A stretch of DNA of 64,000 nucleotides from Octopus sinensis (lineage: Eukaryota). The position numbers and the translations under genes were made by a program. Under the pieces are notes generated by a model. That model worked only from the letters and a program-made list of their open reading frames with translations. It was not told the origin of the DNA and ran no database searches. The DNA is taken from contig NC_043003.1 in the NCBI RefSeq assembly GCF_006345805.1, forward strand, positions 98,580,001-98,644,000, in the 5' to 3' direction. Positions 12,877 to 26,371 of this stretch are shown piece by piece. The first letter of the stretch is position 1. Every line of letters begins with the position of its first letter.

Positions 12877-13419
12877 TGCCAACATTATGGAATAACAACA
12901 GAAAAAAGATGGTATAGGCACACACCAGAAAAGGTCACAGAAAACGAGAAAGCAACCATACTCTGGATATGCCGATACACACAGATAGAGAAATTAAGGC
13001 CACAGACCAGATATAGTTGTCAGAGATCATGAAGAAAAAAAATGCTTTCTAATTGATGTATCAATACCGGCAGATGACAACGTGTCTCTAAAAGAAATGG
13101 AGAAACTCTCAAAATACAAAGACCTGGAAATAGAGATAACTAGAATGTGGAACCTGAAAACAGAAACAATTCCTATCATAGTAGGTGCATTAGGCATGAT
13201 AAAAAAATATTCAGACAAATACATAACAAAAACACCAGGACTTACAAACACATATAACATACAGAAAATTGCACTACTAGGCACTGCACACATCCTACGC
13301 AGAACATTTTCCATACAATAACCATCAGAGCATCACAACAAATCACAGCACGTACCCAAGGCACACAGAGCTGCGCTCGGTAGTGAAGTGAAAGCACGCT
13401 ATAAAAATAAAACTACTGA
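12876..13419 (+). mobile_element. R4/Dong-clade retrotransposon 3' end (restriction-like endonuclease) within a (TAA)n array
   Basis: WYRHTPEKVTENEKATILW..RPDIVV..CFLIDVSIPADDNVSLKEMEKLSKYKDL...IIVGALG...KIALLGTAHILRR. (TAA)n on both sides. Confidence 0.92.
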
Positions 13420-13426
13420 ATAATAA

Positions 13427-13469
<43 letters not shown>

Positions 13470-13504
13470 CATAGTAATAATAATGATGATGATGATGATA
13501 ATGA

Positions 13505-14990
13505 TGTGATTTCTGTATTTAAACACAACGGGTTCACAGAAATACAAAGGATAATACAGGACAATGCAACACGGTATGATGTGATGAGGAGGTTACATGA
13601 AGGCGCTTATGCAGAAGAATAATAAAACAATGAAATAATAAAAATTGAAGCAAGAAAATTTTCCACAAAGGGATAGAAGTCTTTCTAGGGCTGCTCGTAG
13701 AGACCTGACAAAGCCATGTCACTATTACCACAAGATAAATGCCTCCTCTTCATCCTCCTCTCTCAGTTCACATCATTCTCAGAGCAGACCCATTCACAGG
13801 ACCATTCTTACCACATTCATACATTCATCCACACCTTAACAAATTTCATGAAAGGCAGCACTGCCCTCTCCACTCTACTTTCTAAGTGAAATTTAAAAAA
13901 ATCGATGAAGGCTTGATCAAAGAGGTAAGTCTGTTTTCAGCCGTTTCAATCTGGTCCACCACATAATCTCATATACTATGGCCACGAGACAGCTTAATAC
14001 TGCCCGTCCTTCCCCACCAAAAGAAATATATAAGACGATTTTCCCAATGGACTCAACCGGTTGTCGGAAAGTGTTCGAGATAAACCAAACAAGTCAGCAA
14101 TGCTCGAGTACTGTGAGCGCATGTAGAACTGTTTCGTCGCTCTACGCGATCTTCGGACAGGCCCAGCTGACGGCACTTCAATGTCTGTAGAGCTCATCCT
14201 AAGCCCGTAATGCCCACCAGGCTAAAGATTTGCAGAAATTATCCATGGGTGACGGAACAGACTAACCAGTTAATTCTCATCGATTCCCAGAGTTTCCCCG
14301 AGAACATAATCTCTCCTGCCCGCCACTACACCTCTATACAACGCCAAAGTGGAACTTACATCGACCGCAATACCCGATTAATTAACAGAAGACAGTAAGA
14401 GCCTGACAACACTCTCGGTAGCAGATACCCTTCCTCGGCCTACGCTTAATCATGGATTGCAGCTCAACGTGACAATCTTCAGGAAAGCGAGTTTGAAAAA
14501 CAGTGACCACACCTGCGCAGAAGATATAGTAGTCTCCGTACAAGTTAGCGCATCAGCTGGTGAGGAATTCAGTGGGTGTGGACAACAAATGGAGCACCTG
14601 GCCAGGGGAGCGCTCTCTTTCTACAAAAAGCGGGAGGGTATGCGTCTGGTCAGATGTAAACTGGTATGACACGACGATCAGGCAGTAATATATAAAGGAG
14701 CCATTCGGCACCACTGTCTGACCTTTCAGGGATCGCTTTCTCTCGGTGCATTCATGGGTGAGATTGGCCACGCTAATCGTTACCCGGTCCCTAGTCTTTT
14801 TCACCTGAAGATTGGACAGAAACTGGTCCTCCGTGAGAGCAGCTGCCAAATATTGGTGTTCGATCCAATAGAAGGCTTTAGATTGATCTAAATTGATCAG
14901 AGCATCACCCATGCTGGGTGCATTACTCACTCTGTCTATAATGTATTCATTGTATGAGGCAGAAGTTATCATTGACAGACCTGCCAAGTA
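13505..14990 (-). mobile_element. Decayed L1/Tx1-clade LINE (RT fragment, C-terminus, 3' UTR)
   Basis: GDALINLDQSKAF at about 14860-14920. C-terminal similarity to the 11990-12250 ORF. Ends in an (ATC/ATT)n tail. Confidence 0.8.
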
Positions 14991-15612
14991 GTAGTAGTAG
15001 TGGTAGTAGTAGTAGTAGTAGTAGTAGTAGGAGTAGTTGTGGTGGTAGTGGTGGTGATGGCGGCGGTAGTGGTAGAGGTGGTAGCGGCGATGGCTGGTGT
15101 CTATAGACGTTATAGCAATGGTGGTGGGCTGTCTTCGGATGCTATCATCGCGAAGTGTTTGCTGGTGTTTGCTGCAGCTAATGTTATTGTTAGCTGTAGT
15201 CGGGTTCGGTAGCTGTGGCCGTGGCCGTGTTCTTAGTATTACTATCATTGTATATTATGTACTGTGTATCATATATTGATGTTGTTAAGATGGTGGACGT
15301 GGTTGGCGTTCAGAGTGATGAAAGCAGTGTTGATGTTTCTAGTAGGACAATCCGTGACAATATTTACACTGTGTTGTTTTTTGTGGTAAGTATAAAGTTT
15401 CCCTTGTTGTTGTTGCTTATATACTTTTAGTCGTAAGTGATAGCGGTTATGACAATGGTGCGGTTGTGGGCGGTGTAAGTTGTAGATACGGCTGTAATTG
15501 TTGTTATTATCAGTACCATGTCAATGGTGGTAGGGCTAGCGTTGACGGTGTTGAGAGAGATCGTTGTTGATGGGTATGGTAGTAGTTGTAATGATGAGTA
15601 GTCATAGTGCCA

Positions 15613-15690
<78 letters not shown>

Positions 15691-15793
15691 TGTTGTTGTT
15701 GTTCTTATTGTTATTATTATTGTTGTTGTTATTATTATTATTTTTGTCATCATCTATTATTATTATTATTATTATTATCATTATTATTATTAA

Positions 15794-15831
<38 letters not shown>

Positions 15832-16505
15832 GTGGTAGTAGTAGTAGTAGTAGTTGTAGTAGTAGTTGTAGTATTCGCGGATTTCGACGTCATTATCGTA
15901 GTTAAAATATTGATAGCAGGAGGTTAGGGGTAAGTAGGATTGTAATGTGCTGCTGATGCTGGTGGTCAAAGTTGTCGCCCAGCCACCCTCAACGTCTTCT
16001 GCTTTTTCAGAGGGTGGGAGGGGGGTTGTTCATGGGTGGGTAGCAGCGGGTATTGGTGGTCGTCCTGTTGCAGAAGTAGAATAAAAGTATAGGCTGTTAG
16101 GTGAATGACATTGGAATAAAAAATTCTTTTTTTCTACTGTAGGCACAAGGCATAAAATTTGGAGGAAGGGAGCTAGTCGATTACATCGACACCAGTATTC
16201 CACTGGTACTTATCGACCTTGAAATGATGAAAGGCAAATGTCTCCTTAACTCGCATGATGCCAAATAATATATACAAAGCATACCAATGAACACACACAC
16301 ACACACTCTCTCTCTCAACAACAACAATACATACACACATATAATCACACACATGCATATAATCACACACCCATACACAGATATGCACACACACATGCAC
16401 ATAAACGCATACAAACGCACACATATACACACATACACATCCACGGCAACGTCAGTCAGCATTATCCTTCAATCACCAGCCTATTTTCACTGCCACGTGT
16501 ATGTA

Positions 16506-16537
<32 letters not shown>

Positions 16538-16538
<1 letters not shown>

Positions 16539-16928
16539 AATTAGAAAAAGCACCTTTCATCAATTCAAAATGAAAAATTAAATTACACCATCTAGAAAAT
16601 TACATATAATAGAAATATTAAATATAAGATAAAAATAATATACCGATGATTAAGTAATGTGCAAAATAATAAATAAATAAATAAATTTATTATTTATAGA
16701 TAAATGAATAAATAAATTTATTATTTATAAATAAATAAATAAATAAATTTATTATTTATAAATAAATAAATAAATTTATTATTTATTATTTATTATTTTG
16801 CACATTCCTTAATCATCGGTATATTATTTTTATCTTATATTTAATATTTCTATTATATGTAATTTTCTAGATGGTGTAATTTAATTTTTCATTTTTAATT
16901 GATGAAAGGTGGGTTTTTTTCCTAATTT
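16538..16928. repeat. AT-rich fold-back with about 150-bp arms
   Basis: aaattagaaaaagcacctttcatcaatt...gtgcaaaataataaat reappears as its reverse complement at about 16776-16928 with few differences. The spacer consists of ATAAATTTATTATTT units. Confidence 0.85.
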
Positions 16929-17012
16929 ATATATATATTATATTTTGTGAAATTTGATTTAGTATTTCTAAATTGAATTTTTCCCTGTAAGTTAGGAATA
17001 ATATTCCCTCAA

Positions 17013-17054
<42 letters not shown>

Positions 17055-17062
17055 TTTAGGGG

Positions 17063-17235
17063 AGAATTCACGAAAAAAATAAAAACACGAAGACAGGTGG
17101 TATAGACAACAAACAGATGTATTAGTTTAACGCTCAGGAAGTGGAGAAGTCTTTAACGTTTCGAACCTATGCTCTTCCACAGGAAAGAACACAGAAAGAA
17201 ACAAGGAATGAAAATAAGGAATGTGTAGTGGCTAG
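17063..17235 (-). mobile_element. pLTR-like fragment with a degenerate minimal hammerhead (17151-17187)
   Basis: Minus strand reads CTTTC-CTGTGGA-A-GAGC-ATAG-GTTC-GAAA-CGTT-AAAG, with A6 mutated. A related decayed copy is at 48748-48790 (CTGCAGA-A-GAGT-GTAG-GCTC-AAAAC). Confidence 0.5.
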
Positions 17236-17273
17236 CGATCTATCATATAGATATATAAACAAACTCATATATA

Positions 17274-17342
<69 letters not shown>

Positions 17343-17376
17343 TCTTTACTACCACAAGGGGCTAAACACAGAGGGG

Positions 17377-17462
<86 letters not shown>

Positions 17463-17558
17463 TACACACGTCATATATATATATATGAATATATATATGT
17501 ATACATATCTATCAATCTACTACCAAATGTGAATTTTTTACATTATGCAATCTATTTG

Positions 17559-17673
<115 letters not shown>

Positions 17674-18622
17674 TATTATTATTCCTCTTCTTTAAACTTC
17701 AAAATAGAGTTCTACCAATAATAACTGTTCCAAAGCATGGTTTTTCTCACCACTTTGCAACATAGCATCAGAACGATCAGATATGTATTTTGCTTTTGCG
17801 AAACTATCAATAAAGTTGATCTAAGTCAAATTACTAACACAACCTGGTGCGAAACTCAGAGTTGATTATCAAATTTTGATGTAATAAACATTAGCATCCA
17901 CACAACCCAATGCATTAATTCCTATATCAGATATTTCGCTAAGAACTATTTTGATTCTGTTTACAACTTATATAATGATATATATATATAGGTGTGTGTC
18001 TGTTTATAAAAGTATACATTAAACTATTTGCACACTAACACACATATGCACACCTACACACTGACATTATCCACTTAATGTTTTACCTGTATTTTTTTAC
18101 TAAATCTTTAATCCTTTACTTGTTTCTACCATTTCACTGCGACCATGTTGGGGCACTGTCTTGAAGAGATTGGCCGAATAAATCGACCCCTGTACTTATT
18201 CCTTAAAGCTTTGTACTTATTCTATCGGTCTCCTTTGCAGCACTACGAGGGTGCTAGGGCGTATACAAACCAATATCAGTTGTCATGTATAGAATGGACT
18301 CTCCCGTCGTTAAACGGCATGTGAGGGGTTCGACAATTTGTTACCCACACAATTTCTTACCCACACCCACACAGATGATTTGTTTATAATGATCAAATGT
18401 TTGTGTCGACATAAGCTCACTCCCGTCATTAAATCGGCATTACCTGTACAGGTGCAATTGGGTGCCACATGTCAAATGTCTAAATGATCGCAGAGCAACA
18501 TGAAATGAAGTGCTTTGCTCAAGAACACAACACAAAGCCCGGTCTGCGAATCGAACCCACGAACTCACAATCGTGAGTGCAACACCCTAACCACTAAACC
18601 ACACCCACCCACACACCCACAC

Positions 18623-18708
<86 letters not shown>

Positions 18709-19490
18709 CACACGCACAAGAGGCTTCTTTCAGTCTCCGTCCTCCAAATACGCTCACAAGGCTTTACTCGACTATGCTAGAAAACATTTACCCAAGAGGC
18801 CACGGTAGTGGAACTGGACCTAAGACCACATGGTTGGGAATCAGATTGAATAATTTTAAAGACCTACCCCTGGAAATCTATGCCAATATAGATCCCTTTA
18901 CTAAATGGTTGCTCAATCTGCTAGAAACAGCAGCCACACCACCCTAAAATCTTATTTTACGAAAAGGAGAACGTCATTCTTAGTACAGTGTATATGACCA
19001 AAATATACAATGGTCAAGAGTAGAAAACTTCTGTCCTCTTTCCTGATAGGCCAAAAATAACCCGCAGATAAACCAAAACAACAGCCTTTATCGGTCTATC
19101 AAATTATCTATTTGTCTCGTAGCAGTCTTTATGTGTGGTTTGTGTGTCTATATGTGCGTGTGACTGTGTGTTTATGGGTGTGTATCTATGTGTGTGTGTA
19201 TGCGTGTTTATCTATGAGTGTTTCTGTAATATGCGTTGTGTGTAATATGAGTGTCTGTTTGTGTTATTTATTTATTTCTCACTATCAGTCTGTCAATCTC
19301 CCGCCCTTCTATTTTCTCTCTTTATCTTACTGCTTATCGTCCTATTTTCCTTATCAAAACCCTCAAAATAATAAAATAACTAACAAAGAGAGAAAACAAC
19401 AAGCAACAGAAAGTTGTTCTCCTCCCATGAAGTACGCATTACCCTCCTTTAAGAAGATGTTCTTTCTGTTGCAATAGGAGAAGCAGCAGC

Positions 19491-19522
<32 letters not shown>

Positions 19523-20165
19523 CAGCAGCAGCAGCAGCAGTAGTATAAGTAGTCGTAGTGAGGGCAAACCTTGCTGACACACATTGAGGTGTTGTCACGT
19601 GGGAATAATATGAAGGCTGTAAACACGCACACACGCGCACATACGCGCGCATGCGTACGCACTGTCTCGCTAACTCTCTCTTTCTCTCGACAAATGAGAC
19701 AATCTACCAAAGAAAACGTGACGGCATCAAAGCAGTCTATACCAGAGATTTCAACCTTTTATAGCTCTGCATCCCCTTTCACTGAATGCTGGTCTGCAGA
19801 GGAAAGGAATAAATTGCAGATTGTTTCAATCAGTTGAAAGCTAAATGTTGTGCAGTTTTTGCTGTAATCCATATATTTTTCTTATACTATTCCATCCATC
19901 ATGTGTCCAATTTGGAAATATTCGCATGGATTGCTCTCTTACTCTGTCACTCGTTTCAGTCATTGAAATTTGAAATGCGGTTATGCTGGAGCACCAACTT
20001 GTAGGGTTAGGCGAACAGATTAACACTAGTACTTGCTTTACTCTGTCGCTGTAATTCGGCGAACCACTTATGAGGACGAAACTATTGTCAAGCCGTGTAG
20101 GAGAATATAAACACAGACACACATACACATACCCACACACACACACATGTGCATACACACATACA

Positions 20166-20295
<130 letters not shown>

Positions 20296-20508
20296 CGTGT
20301 GTGTGTGTTTGTGTGTATCTATGTATTCATTTATGTATATTATGAGTGTATGTATGTATGTATAAGAAAATGAGAGGACAAAGGAATATGACCGTCATTA
20401 GCTTATAGCTGTTTCTGCTATAAAATGCAGTAGGCACATAGCTGAGTGCCTGAGTAACACCTTATAGCTTCATCGAAGCCTCGAATGTGAAGGGCAATTT
20501 CTTTGGGA

Positions 20509-20553
<45 letters not shown>

Positions 20554-20555
20554 GT

Positions 20556-20652
<97 letters not shown>

Positions 20653-20940
20653 GATAGATAGTTTATTGTAGAAGACCCTCACAAAAGACACTGTTTTGCG
20701 GGACTGAACTGCTTTAGTATTCAGCCACCTCTGTGCCTGTGGTACATTTGCATAGAAATTGCTAAAGAAATTTGAGGACTTATATGATGAGATTATATTA
20801 ATCCTTAGCGCAACACCAGTTCTCTTTTTGTCTGATCCTTGATAACACAATGTCTGACTGAGATTCTGATCCCGATAAGATATTAATTGTTTTCTTTTGA
20901 AATTGTGTTTAAATGTGGGTATCTTATTTATTTAAAACTT

Positions 20941-21046
<106 letters not shown>

Positions 21047-21111
21047 CCAGCTTAGAGAAGAAGAAACGAAACGAATCGAATCGAATCGACGCGAGGGCGC
21101 TCAGTCATACA

Positions 21112-21656
21112 ACAGTATAATAAATAAAATATATGCATACATACAAACATATATGTACGTACCTACATCTACATGTATATATACATGCATATATAAATAT
21201 ATATACGTGTGTACAGGACACCACAAATAGACGTAGAACTCAACGAGAAACGAAAAAGTAAAAACAGCATGGAACGGACCATTTTTTTACAACGAAAAAA
21301 CAGAGTACAAGATAACTACACATGGAAAAATCCCCTTCATCAGCTGTCCCTAGTTCAACTCCAGCGTGTTTCGAAGGAGAGGACAGAACACGTCTCGTCG
21401 AACCAGTCCTTCCTGCGAAAGAATTAAATAAAATTCCTTTGCAGAGGGGTAAAAACAAGGAAAAAAATGTGACAAAAACAGGACGTAAAAACAATACAAC
21501 TAAAAACGAATACAAAATAAAAATACAATTACAAAACATACAGTACAAGAAGGAATAGAAACAGGACAGGAAAACAAATAATGAGGGCCTATAAGCCTAG
21601 ACGATGAAAAAGTTTCACGAGTGCAGGAAGAAACATGTTTACTTGAAGAAGGCCGC

Positions 21657-21660
<4 letters not shown>
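21112..21660 (-). mobile_element. pLTR-like repeat, family 2
   Basis: Homologous in reverse to about 52060-52415 (cgcaggaagga...ccttcgaaacacgctg...ctgatgaaggggatttttcc...gtggtgtcctgtac). Confidence 0.65.
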
Positions 21661-21694
<34 letters not shown>

Positions 21695-22364
21695 GACAGT
21701 GCTCTAGCATGCCGCAGTCAAATGACTGAAACAAGTAAAAAGAGCAAAATAATAAAGAAATAAAAATGATGCTTCTAATATCCAACGGTGCTATAGCCAC
21801 CCAATTGTGTGCACGCAATTGTCTTCAGATAGTGCTGTTGCTCAGGAAAGAATTGCTCATCAAATTGTAGCTAAATCATTAAAAAAACATGCTCAAATAC
21901 GCTTCAACTCCCACCCCCAATTAACTTAAAAAAGCCTCTCGTTTTTCGCAAGCGAACGAGGAGCTATCAACGTAGTTACTTCATTTGCTAGAAAGATTAC
22001 TATACTTCCACCGCCTGAAACAATGAAATAATATATTGTGTAATACAGACAAGGATACCCACCCAAGACTGGTCGTAACTGGAACGTCTTTTATCATAGG
22101 CTTTTTCAATCAGAATTGACCTGAGTTAAAGAACAACTTCTACAACCTTTACTCCTTCGCAAACACACGCTAACATAAGATATCTTCTCGGATATTTTTA
22201 GTTTGTTACACTTCCTCCGGTTTTATTGAAAGTTTCTCTCCATAAGTATAGATTTTCATGCCATTTACAAAAAACCATAACTTGTTTGTTTATCTTGGTT
22301 TTTTTGAGAAATTAATAAAAGAAATGTTACGAACGCTTTATAATAGAAATTTTTTGTGTGTATA

Positions 22365-23433
22365 ACTTTAGCCAATCAGACCCATCTATTTTCTATATGC
22401 CCTGCAGCTGTTATGACAAGTGCCATGCTTTTGCTTTTGTTTTTTGTTTTGAAGACGACAATTCTTGTTAATTGTTACGTTAATACTACAACAATGCAAC
22501 ACCCTTCACGAAGAAAATATTTAATTAATGATAAGAACACAACAAATTAAAGTTACTTACCGTACCTCCCAACCATAACCGTAACTATAAATCCTAAACG
22601 CAAACCTTAGCTTTAACCCTAACCGCAAACACATTAAAACTGTCTTCCTGATCAGAACACTCCATCTCGATTACTGACACTCAGTTGCTATTCTCCTACA
22701 TATATAAGGTCACATGGATGTATCCATGCTTTAGACACTGGCACCTTCTCGACTATGCTGACATCCAATGACGACACAAAAGGGACATCCTCGTCATTAG
22801 AATTGTTGATAATTATTAGACAGACCAACGTCTTGTTATCACACGCATGAGATTACTATGTGTGACAAACCAGAAGACAACAGGTATTACTATTTCGAAG
22901 ATTTTGAAAAAAACAAAACTTTGTTAACAGAGTTAATTTCGAACAATTATTTGTTTCGAGGACAGTTCCAAATAATTCAACCCTCACCGTCTTAATGAAG
23001 AATAGCCAACAGCTCGAAGCATCATAATTGAGACAGTTATTGGTTTCATAAAATTGGAGAGCCAAGATTAGTTTGAAGACAGCAATGAAATCAACCAGCT
23101 CATCGATGAAATACGAAAGATTCGAAAAACTCAAGCAATCACTCAAACTAGAGTTTGGTTATTTATTGGTTAGGGAACAGGAACTTGGCGTCAGTATTTA
23201 AGATGAACTGTTCTGATCAGATACCGAAGAAGAGAATCCCATTGTTTTTACGGTTACGGCTTAGGCTTTCGTTTAAGATTAAGGTTTAAAGTTAGGACTA
23301 TGGTTTAGAGTTTTAACTTGTGATTTTCGTTTCCAAAACAAAAACAAAAACAAAAAAATAAAAAATAAAAAATGGCGCTTTCCATAACTTCCTCACGGCG
23401 TGTAGAGAATAGAAGGGTCTGACTGGATAAAGT
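22365..23433. mobile_element. Old element or pair of insertions with diverged 250-320-bp inverted arms containing TAACCC-like tracts
   Basis: 22365-22687 and 23182-23433 align in reverse (ctgatcagaaca..catct..tactgac; atggc.ctt..cataac..tagaa..gggtctga.tgg). Confidence 0.65.
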
Positions 23434-23659
23434 AGAGAAATACGGAAATACTAAACAGTAGGTGGCAACAAAAGCAACAAATCTTGCAAAATAAGCAGAC
23501 GCCTGTGATCTCAGAAATTTATTTATCAAATGTTTGGTCCAATAAAATATTAACGGGCAGCGTTTTGTTGTCTGCTATACTCTTTGAATATTTTCTAGAC
23601 AATTCAGCAGTTGATATCTGATATCGTTTTCATGATGGATCACTTAATATAACCAGATT

Positions 23660-24060
23660 TTGATCTCATGACCTACCAATATCAAACTCATCAAGGAGAT
23701 TCAATGTGCAGACGATTGCAATGGTATCTATCACAGATGCCAGGAACTCTAACGATCAGTCAATATATTCATAAGTGCAACTGATCATGTTCAGTGTGAG
23801 GTGAACATGAAAAAAATCCAAGACTTCACTCAACCTGTTCCAAAGACCAATCTCCATGACTTCAACATTGCAACCTCTTGAGCAAGTTGATCACTTCCCG
23901 AAACTTGGTATTCTTCCTTTCAACAAATGTACTTCTGAAAACGATGTGGGCAACATAATTAGATCAGCCCATTCAGTATTTAAAAAACTGGCAGAACAGA
24001 TCACTAAGAATAAAGATCTGACTAAAAAATAAAAAGAAAAGGATAAACTGACAGTTATGA
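23660..24060 (+). mobile_element. Decayed RTE-clade LINE RT fragment
   Basis: IQCADDC (the YADD equivalent), VNMKK, EQVDHFPKLG, NDVGNIIRSAHSVFKKL. Confidence 0.75.
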
Positions 24061-24819
24061 AACTATCAACACCTAAATATCATTAGACTGCAAGGCGGCG
24101 AGTTAGCAGAATCGTTAGAGTTCAAATTCCACCCAGGTCGACTTTGCCTTTCATCGTTTCGAGGTCGTTAAAGCAAGTACCAATTAGCACTGGAGTCAAA
24201 GTAAGCGACTTACCCCTCTTCCGAAATTGCTGGCCCTGCACCAAAATTTGAAACCAATATTTTTATACTGTCTTGAAATATCGTCCCTATTTTGTCGGGT
24301 CATTAAAAAGTTATAAGCGTTTCTATCAACAACAAAGTTCCTTGCCATTTAAAATTTATATAGGCGGTCTACATAACCATCAATTCTGCCCTGGAAAAGC
24401 CCATCGGTCGATACACGGAATCTACAACCATGAAGCATCTATGTTGGTCAGGACATATGGATAGACCGAAAAAAACATATGGATAGACCGAAAGAATGAA
24501 GATTCAAGTCATAACGTTATAAATTATTTCGCAAGTTGATTATTTTTATATTAGTTTCGTCAAAATCAACCAAGTAACACAACGGGTTCTATCAATTATG
24601 AAATGTGAAACCCACCCATAGCTAATCAGTTTGAAATATTCATTTGAATAATTATCAGGAGTCTCACTGCAGTAATTAAAATCATTGTGTTGTTCCAAAC
24701 GTTCACATCTGACTTATGATCGACTTCGCGAAAGATGGAGTAACGGATTCTGAAGATGTGCAGCTTCAGTAAAGTTTTTCTCTCTCTCTCCCATCTCTCT
24801 CTCTCTCTCTCTTGCACAC

Positions 24820-24854
<35 letters not shown>

Positions 24855-25004
24855 CTATATATTATAATATCTATATATATATTAATATATAATATATATC
24901 ATATATACATACATACATAGATTCCACACACACTAACCTCGGGCCAACCAAAGACTTGTCATGGATTTGATAGACGGAACTGAAAGAAACCCGGCGTATA
25001 TATG

Positions 25005-25042
<38 letters not shown>

Positions 25043-25679
25043 GTATGTATTTTTATCTGTCGTGTTTGTCACCACACCATCGTTTGACAACCGATGTTAG
25101 TGTGTTTACGACCTACGCCGGGCAAAATACTTGGCGATATTTCGTCTGCTGCTTGGTTCTGAGTCGGCTTTGCCTTTCATAGTTTCGGGGTCTATTAAAT
25201 AAGTATCCAGTGACTCCCCTCCCCGTAAATTTCAGGCCTTATTATTATTATTATTGTTATCAAGCCGGCAGAATCGTTAACATGCCGGGCGAAATGCTTA
25301 GCGGTATTTCGGCTGCTGTTACGTTCTAAGATCAAATCCGCTGAGGTCGACTTTGCTTTTCATCCTTCCAGGTTCGACAAATTAAGTACCAGTTGCGTAC
25401 TGGGGTCGATATAATTGACTTAATCCCTTCCCCCAAGTTTGAATCCTTGTGCTTCCAGTGGAATGGATTATTATTATTATTATTATCATTATTATTATTA
25501 TCATCATCATCATCATCATCATCGTCATCATTCAAAATATGTTGATTTGGTTCTGTGCTACTTCAAGTTTCGCAGGCCTCTAACGGGAGCTTCTGACATG
25601 TAACTCCTACTACACGAGGTGAGTGCCTCTTTCTTCTACTTGTCCACTCACTCGTGTATGTATGTGTATAAGTATACTC

Positions 25680-26042
25680 TTTTACTCTTTTACTTGTTCC
25701 AGTCATTTGACTGCGGCCATGCTGGAGCACCGCGACCCCGGGACTTATTCTTTGTAAGCCCAGTACTTATTCTATCGGTCTATTTTGCCGAACCGCTAAG
25801 TGACGGGGACGTAAACACACCAGCTAGGGAGACAAACACAGACACACAAACACACACATAAATATACATATATATATACGACAGGTTTCTTTCAGTTCCC
25901 GTCTACCAAATCCACTCACAAGGCATTGGTCGGCCCGGGGCTATAGCAGAAGACACTTGCCCAAGATGCCACGCAGTGGGACTGAACCCGGAACCATGTG
26001 GTTGGTAAGCAAGCTACTTACCACACGGCCACTCCTGCGCCT
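25680..26042 (-). mobile_element. SINE family 1, full copy
   Basis: Same head-microsatellite-tail order in reverse, with the head GGAGTGGCCGTGTGG at about 26036. Confidence 0.85.
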
Positions 26043-26113
26043 GTATATATATACATATATATATAAGTGAATTGAAGAAATGGAGTTGAACGAAGATTGA
26101 ACAGAAATCGTTT

Positions 26114-26206
26114 TATTGCATTCTACACGTGTTTCGAAAGCCACAATTTACCAAATTCCGATTGAATAAGGAGACCATATTGTGTCTTTCTCTTCAGGAA
26201 GAAATA
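26114..26206 (-). ncRNA. Type I hammerhead ribozyme, minus strand (mirror copy)
   Basis: Reverse complement of the plus-strand motif. TCTTCAG at 26191-97 gives the core and TTTC at 26132-35 gives GAAA. Predicted cut between 26124 and 26123. The two arm mismatches fall in the distal loop of stem II. Confidence 0.85.
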
Positions 26207-26371
26207 GGAAATCCGTTGGAAAAAACAAAAACAGAACAGAGGCGGAGCAAAACAAATCGAACGAGGCTCCTAAGAGCCCATGGCAAACACTTGGCCATGG
26301 GCTCTTAGGAGCCTCGTTCGATTTGTTTTGCTCCGCCTCTGTTCTGTTTTTGTTTTTTCCAACGGATTTCC

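Noticed and set aside
21330-21380. Canonical type II hammerhead (GAAA upstream of CUGAUGA)
   Set aside because: No valid NUH site with stems I and III could be built. Kept only as a non-canonical scaffold finding.
22570-22630. Interstitial telomere
   Set aside because: Hexamers are highly degenerate and embedded in an inverted interspersed repeat.
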